Source of the DNA: Dehalococcoidia bacterium
GTDB lineage: Bacteria > Chloroflexota > Dehalococcoidia > DATCLE01
Reading direction: 5' to 3'
Length of the DNA stretch: 47,250 nucleotides
NCBI GenBank assembly: GCA_036564075.1
Contig: DATCLE010000165.1
Coordinates: 1 to 47,250, forward strand
In this document: piece by piece, positions 44,336-47,250 of the stretch
Position numbering within the stretch: position 1 is the stretch's first letter
Layout: each line of letters opens with the position of its first letter
Notes under the pieces: model-generated
The model's database searches: none
Told to the model about the DNA's origin: nothing
The model's input: only the letters and a program-made list of their open reading frames with translations
Translations under genes and position numbers: made by a program

Positions 44336-44680
44336 CTACCCCTCCGCGCCCAGCCGGCGGCCGCCCAGCACGTGCATGTGCAGATGGCCGATGGTCTGGC
44401 CGCCGTCCCGGCCGTAGTTGAAGGCGAAGCGGTAGCCGCTCTCGGCAATGCCCTCCTGCTGGGCCACCTGGTTGGCCACGCTGAAGATGCGGCCCAGCAG
44501 CGACCCTTCCGCCTCCCCCACCTCTGCCACGGAGGGGATGTGCCGTTTGGGGATGACCATGAAGTGCACCGGGGCCCGCGGGTTGATGTCCCGGATGGCG
44601 AAGACCTCCGCGTCGTCGTACAGCTTGCTGACGTCCATCTCACCGCTCGCCATCTTGCAGAACAGGCACTCTTCGGCCAT
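44336..44680 (-). CDS. HIT-family (histidine triad) nucleotide-binding protein
   Basis: CLFCKM..., then HFMVIPKRH, and the HIT motif HLHMHVLGG. ATG 44680 follows GGAGGG. Confidence 0.88.
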   Translation of the reverse strand: MAEECLFCKMASGEMDVSKLYDDAEVFAIRDINPRAPVHFMVIPKRHIPSVAEVGEAEGSLLGRIFSVANQVAQQEGIAESGYRFAFNYGRDGGQTIGHLHMHVLGGRRLGAEG

Positions 44681-44728
44681 GAACACCCTCCACGCGCCTC
44701 CTCTGGGGCTCAATCGCCGTCCATGATA

Positions 44729-45958
44729 TCACAGCCGTCCTGCCCCGTCGGCGGCCGTCGCGCCCGCGGCGCCCGGCGCCCTGTACGACGCCTGCACCCG
44801 CCAGTGGCGCGTCAGCACCTCATCCGGCGCCACCTCCTGCCCGCGGCGGCGGCGCGGCTCCGGCAGCGGCGTCAGCCGGAGCGCCAGGCGGTCCAGCCCC
44901 GGCCGGCCCAAGCCCTGCCAGCGGTCCAGCGCCGCCCGCATCCACCGGAGGGCGGCGTCCGTCCCGTAGACCCACGCCGCGCCCTCCTTGAGCCGCTCCC
45001 AGCGGACCAGGCAGGCGGAGGGCTCCTGCGTATCGACCATGGCCCAGGCGCTGCCGAAGCCGTGGCCGGGGTTCTGGGTGCTCAGCAGCGCCACCGGCGC
45101 CCCCTGGAGCGCCGCGAAGTAGGAAAAGCCGTAGGCAGCCTCATCCGCCTGGCGCGGCAGCCCCGGCAGCGGCTCCGTCCGCGGCACCGTGGCCAGCAGC
45201 GCGCCCAGCGCCCGCACGTCCAGCCGCGGCCCGCGGTAGTCCCGCGCCACGCTGATGTCGCCGATGGCGCCCGTCCGCTCCGCCGCCCCGGCCCCGAAGG
45301 CGCCCCGCAGCCGCATGAAGCCGCTGGCGCTGACGCGCTCACTGGCCAGCGCCGCCCCCTCCTTCCGCAGCGCCACCGTGAAGTGGGGGCCGTTCAGCCG
45401 CAGGGGGAGCACCAGTACCCCGCCCTCCCGGAGCTGGTGGAACCAGGCGGGCGGCACGTCGTCGCTGCTGGCCGTGACGATGATCCGGTCGTACGGCGCC
45501 TCCGGCGCGTAACCCAGCCCGCCGTCCCCCTCCACCACCAGCGGCGCCCGGTAGCCGGCGGCCTCCAGGCTCCGGCGGGCCCACGCCGCCGTCTCCCGGT
45601 CCACGTCCACCGTCACCACGCGGCCCTCCGGGCCCACCAGCTCCTGGAGCAGGGCTGCGTTGTACCCGGAGCCGGCGCCCACCTCCAGCACCCGCTGCCC
45701 CGGCTCCGGCCGCAGCGCCTCCAGCATGATGGCCATGATGGCGGGCTGGCTGGAGGAGCTGACGGGCTGCCCACCCCGCCAGCGTGTGGGGATCACCACG
45801 TCCTGGTACGCCATGTCCGGCCGCACGTGGGGCACGAAGAGGTGGCGCGGCACCCGGAGGAAGGCGCGGGCCACCGCCCGGCTCCGGACGGCGCCGGACT
45901 TGCGCAGCCGCGCCACCAGCTCCTCCCGCATCCGCGCGAATTCGCCGTCGCCGGTCAC
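44729..45958 (-). CDS. protein-L-isoaspartate O-methyltransferase (PIMT)-domain protein with about 200-aa C-terminal extension
   Basis: N-terminal VPRHLFVP...SSSQPAIMAIMLE...VLEVGAGSGYNAALL...DRIIVTAS is the PIMT fold. The C-terminal half has no motif I recognise. Start is GTG 45958 (GGAGGGG upstream) or ATG 45931. Confidence 0.7.
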   Translation of the reverse strand: MTGDGEFARMREELVARLRKSGAVRSRAVARAFLRVPRHLFVPHVRPDMAYQDVVIPTRWRGGQPVSSSSQPAIMAIMLEALRPEPGQRVLEVGAGSGYNAALLQELVGPEGRVVTVDVDRETAAWARRSLEAAGYRAPLVVEGDGGLGYAPEAPYDRIIVTASSDDVPPAWFHQLREGGVLVLPLRLNGPHFTVALRKEGAALASERVSASGFMRLRGAFGAGAAERTGAIGDISVARDYRGPRLDVRALGALLATVPRTEPLPGLPRQADEAAYGFSYFAALQGAPVALLSTQNPGHGFGSAWAMVDTQEPSACLVRWERLKEGAAWVYGTDAALRWMRAALDRWQGLGRPGLDRLALRLTPLPEPRRRRGQEVAPDEVLTRHWRVQASYRAPGAAGATAADGAGRL

Positions 45959-46031
45959 GTCCCCTCCGTCCCGTTCGCCCGTCCCCGCCGTCCACGGGCA
46001 TGGTAACACACCGCACGGCGGGCAGAAGGAA

Positions 46032-46058
46032 GGGGCCGCCCGGTTGCCGGGCGGCCCC
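46032..46058 (-). terminator. rho-independent-type terminator after the acyl-CoA dehydrogenase gene
   Basis: Perfect 12-bp stem GGGGCCGCCCGG-ttg-CCGGGCGGCCCC, followed on the minus strand by TTCCTTCTG. Confidence 0.65.
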
Positions 46059-46085
46059 CTGACCTATCCTGGACGGCGCCCGCGC

Positions 46086-47222
46086 CTACAGCGCCAGCGC
46101 CTCGGCCACGGCCTCGCGGTGGAAGTCGGCGTCGCCCCACATGAGCTCCGCCTTCTTCTGCCGCCGGAAGTAGAGCTGGATCTTGTAGTCCTTGGTGAAG
46201 CCGATGCCGCCGTGGATCTGCTGCCCGTGGGCCACCACCCGGCGGGACGCCTCGGACACCCACGCCTTCGCCATGTGGACGTACGTGTCGGCGTCCGGCT
46301 CGCCCTCTGCCACGGCCCACGCCGCCCGGTACATGATGAACCGGGAGCCGTCCACGTCCGTCACCATGTCCGCCGCCTTGTGCTGGATGGCCTGGAAGCT
46401 GCCGATGGGCCGGCCGAACTGGACCCGCTCCTTGGCGTAGTTGACGCTGATCTCGAAGTCCATCTGCGCCAGGCCCACCAGGTACGCGCACTCCGCCACC
46501 GTCGCCCGCCGGGCGATGGAGCGGACCACGTCCCAGCCCCGGTCCACCTGGCCCAGCACGGCGGAGGCCGGCACCTGCACGTTCTCGAAGGTCACCTCGC
46601 ACTGCTTGTCGGCGGCGATGGTCTTGAGCGTCTCCACCGTCACGCCCGGCGCCTTGGCGTCCACCAGGAAGACGGTGATGCCGTCCTCCGGCTTCCCGCC
46701 GGCCGAGGTCCGCGCCGCTACCAGCAGGAGGTCCGCCACGTGGGCGTCCTCCACGAAGAGCTTCGTCCCGGAGAGCACGAAGCCGTCGCCCTCCCGCGTC
46801 GCCTGGAGCTGCACGCCCTCAGCGTCCCAGCGGGCGCTGGGCTCCGTCAGCGCCAGCGTCACGATGAGGTTGCCGGCGGCGATCTTCGGCAGGTACTCCT
46901 GCTTCTGCGCCTCCGTCCCGAACTCCAGCAGCGGCTGGGCGCCGTAGACCACCGTGGGGATGAACGGCCCCGGCACCAGCGCCCGGCCGAACTCCTCCAG
47001 CAGGACGATGAGGTCCAGGAACCCCATGCCGGTGCCGCCGTACTGCTCCGGGATGATGAGCCCCTGCCAGCCCTGCTGGGCCATCTTCTGCCAGAGCTCC
47101 GGCGAATACCCCTTCTCGTCCTCCTCCATGGCGCGGACGAGGCTCTCCGGGCACTCCTTCTCCAGGAAGTCCCGGGCGAAGTTCTTCAGCATCTCCTGCT
47201 CTTCCGTCAGCCCCAGGTCCAT
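46086..47222 (-). CDS. acyl-CoA dehydrogenase family protein
   Basis: 378 aa with the ACAD N, M and C domain pattern (LTEPSARWDA, and GGIGFTKDYKIQLYFRRQK near the C-terminus). Confidence 0.9.
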   Translation of the reverse strand: MDLGLTEEQEMLKNFARDFLEKECPESLVRAMEEDEKGYSPELWQKMAQQGWQGLIIPEQYGGTGMGFLDLIVLLEEFGRALVPGPFIPTVVYGAQPLLEFGTEAQKQEYLPKIAAGNLIVTLALTEPSARWDAEGVQLQATREGDGFVLSGTKLFVEDAHVADLLLVAARTSAGGKPEDGITVFLVDAKAPGVTVETLKTIAADKQCEVTFENVQVPASAVLGQVDRGWDVVRSIARRATVAECAYLVGLAQMDFEISVNYAKERVQFGRPIGSFQAIQHKAADMVTDVDGSRFIMYRAAWAVAEGEPDADTYVHMAKAWVSEASRRVVAHGQQIHGGIGFTKDYKIQLYFRRQKKAELMWGDADFHREAVAEALAL

Positions 47223-47250
47223 CTCCCTTCCTTCCTCCTCCTGGTCTGCC

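Overview
High-G+C (about 70% by eye) bacterial chromosomal window with GGAGG-type Shine-Dalgarno sites and Gram-positive-style regulatory motifs, and about 50 genes. Most are ordinary. They include an HspR-type heat-shock operon (dnaJ-htrA-hspR-clpC) with a HAIR-like operator, two histidine kinases and three response regulators, an ECF sigma/anti-sigma pair, and a heterodimeric ABC exporter. ruvB, speH-speE, tRNA-Glu(CUC), a GGDEF cyclase, two tandem PilZ proteins, a HIT/YqeK/Cof/PIMT-fusion operon and an acyl-CoA dehydrogenase are also present. A low-G+C DUF4258/YgiT toxin-antitoxin islet lies at 19.7-20.3 kb. The most unusual part is 26.0-39.5 kb on the minus strand. It holds a podovirus-like set in collinear order: terminase large subunit, portal, scaffold-like coiled coil, HK97-fold capsid, adaptor-like protein and Asp-box tail-like protein. 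There is no integrase, repressor, replication, tape-measure or endolysin gene. Two blocks of cellular genes split the set into three transcription units. Each unit starts at a promoter of the same design, with a GAAC-N4-GTTC (LexA/Cheo-box-like) palindrome ending exactly at the -10 hexamer. A fourth such box sits at the adjacent ruvB promoter. I read this as a candidate SOS-wired, domesticated phage-derived particle (GTA-like) system. All family calls come from motif recognition by eye; no database search was run.
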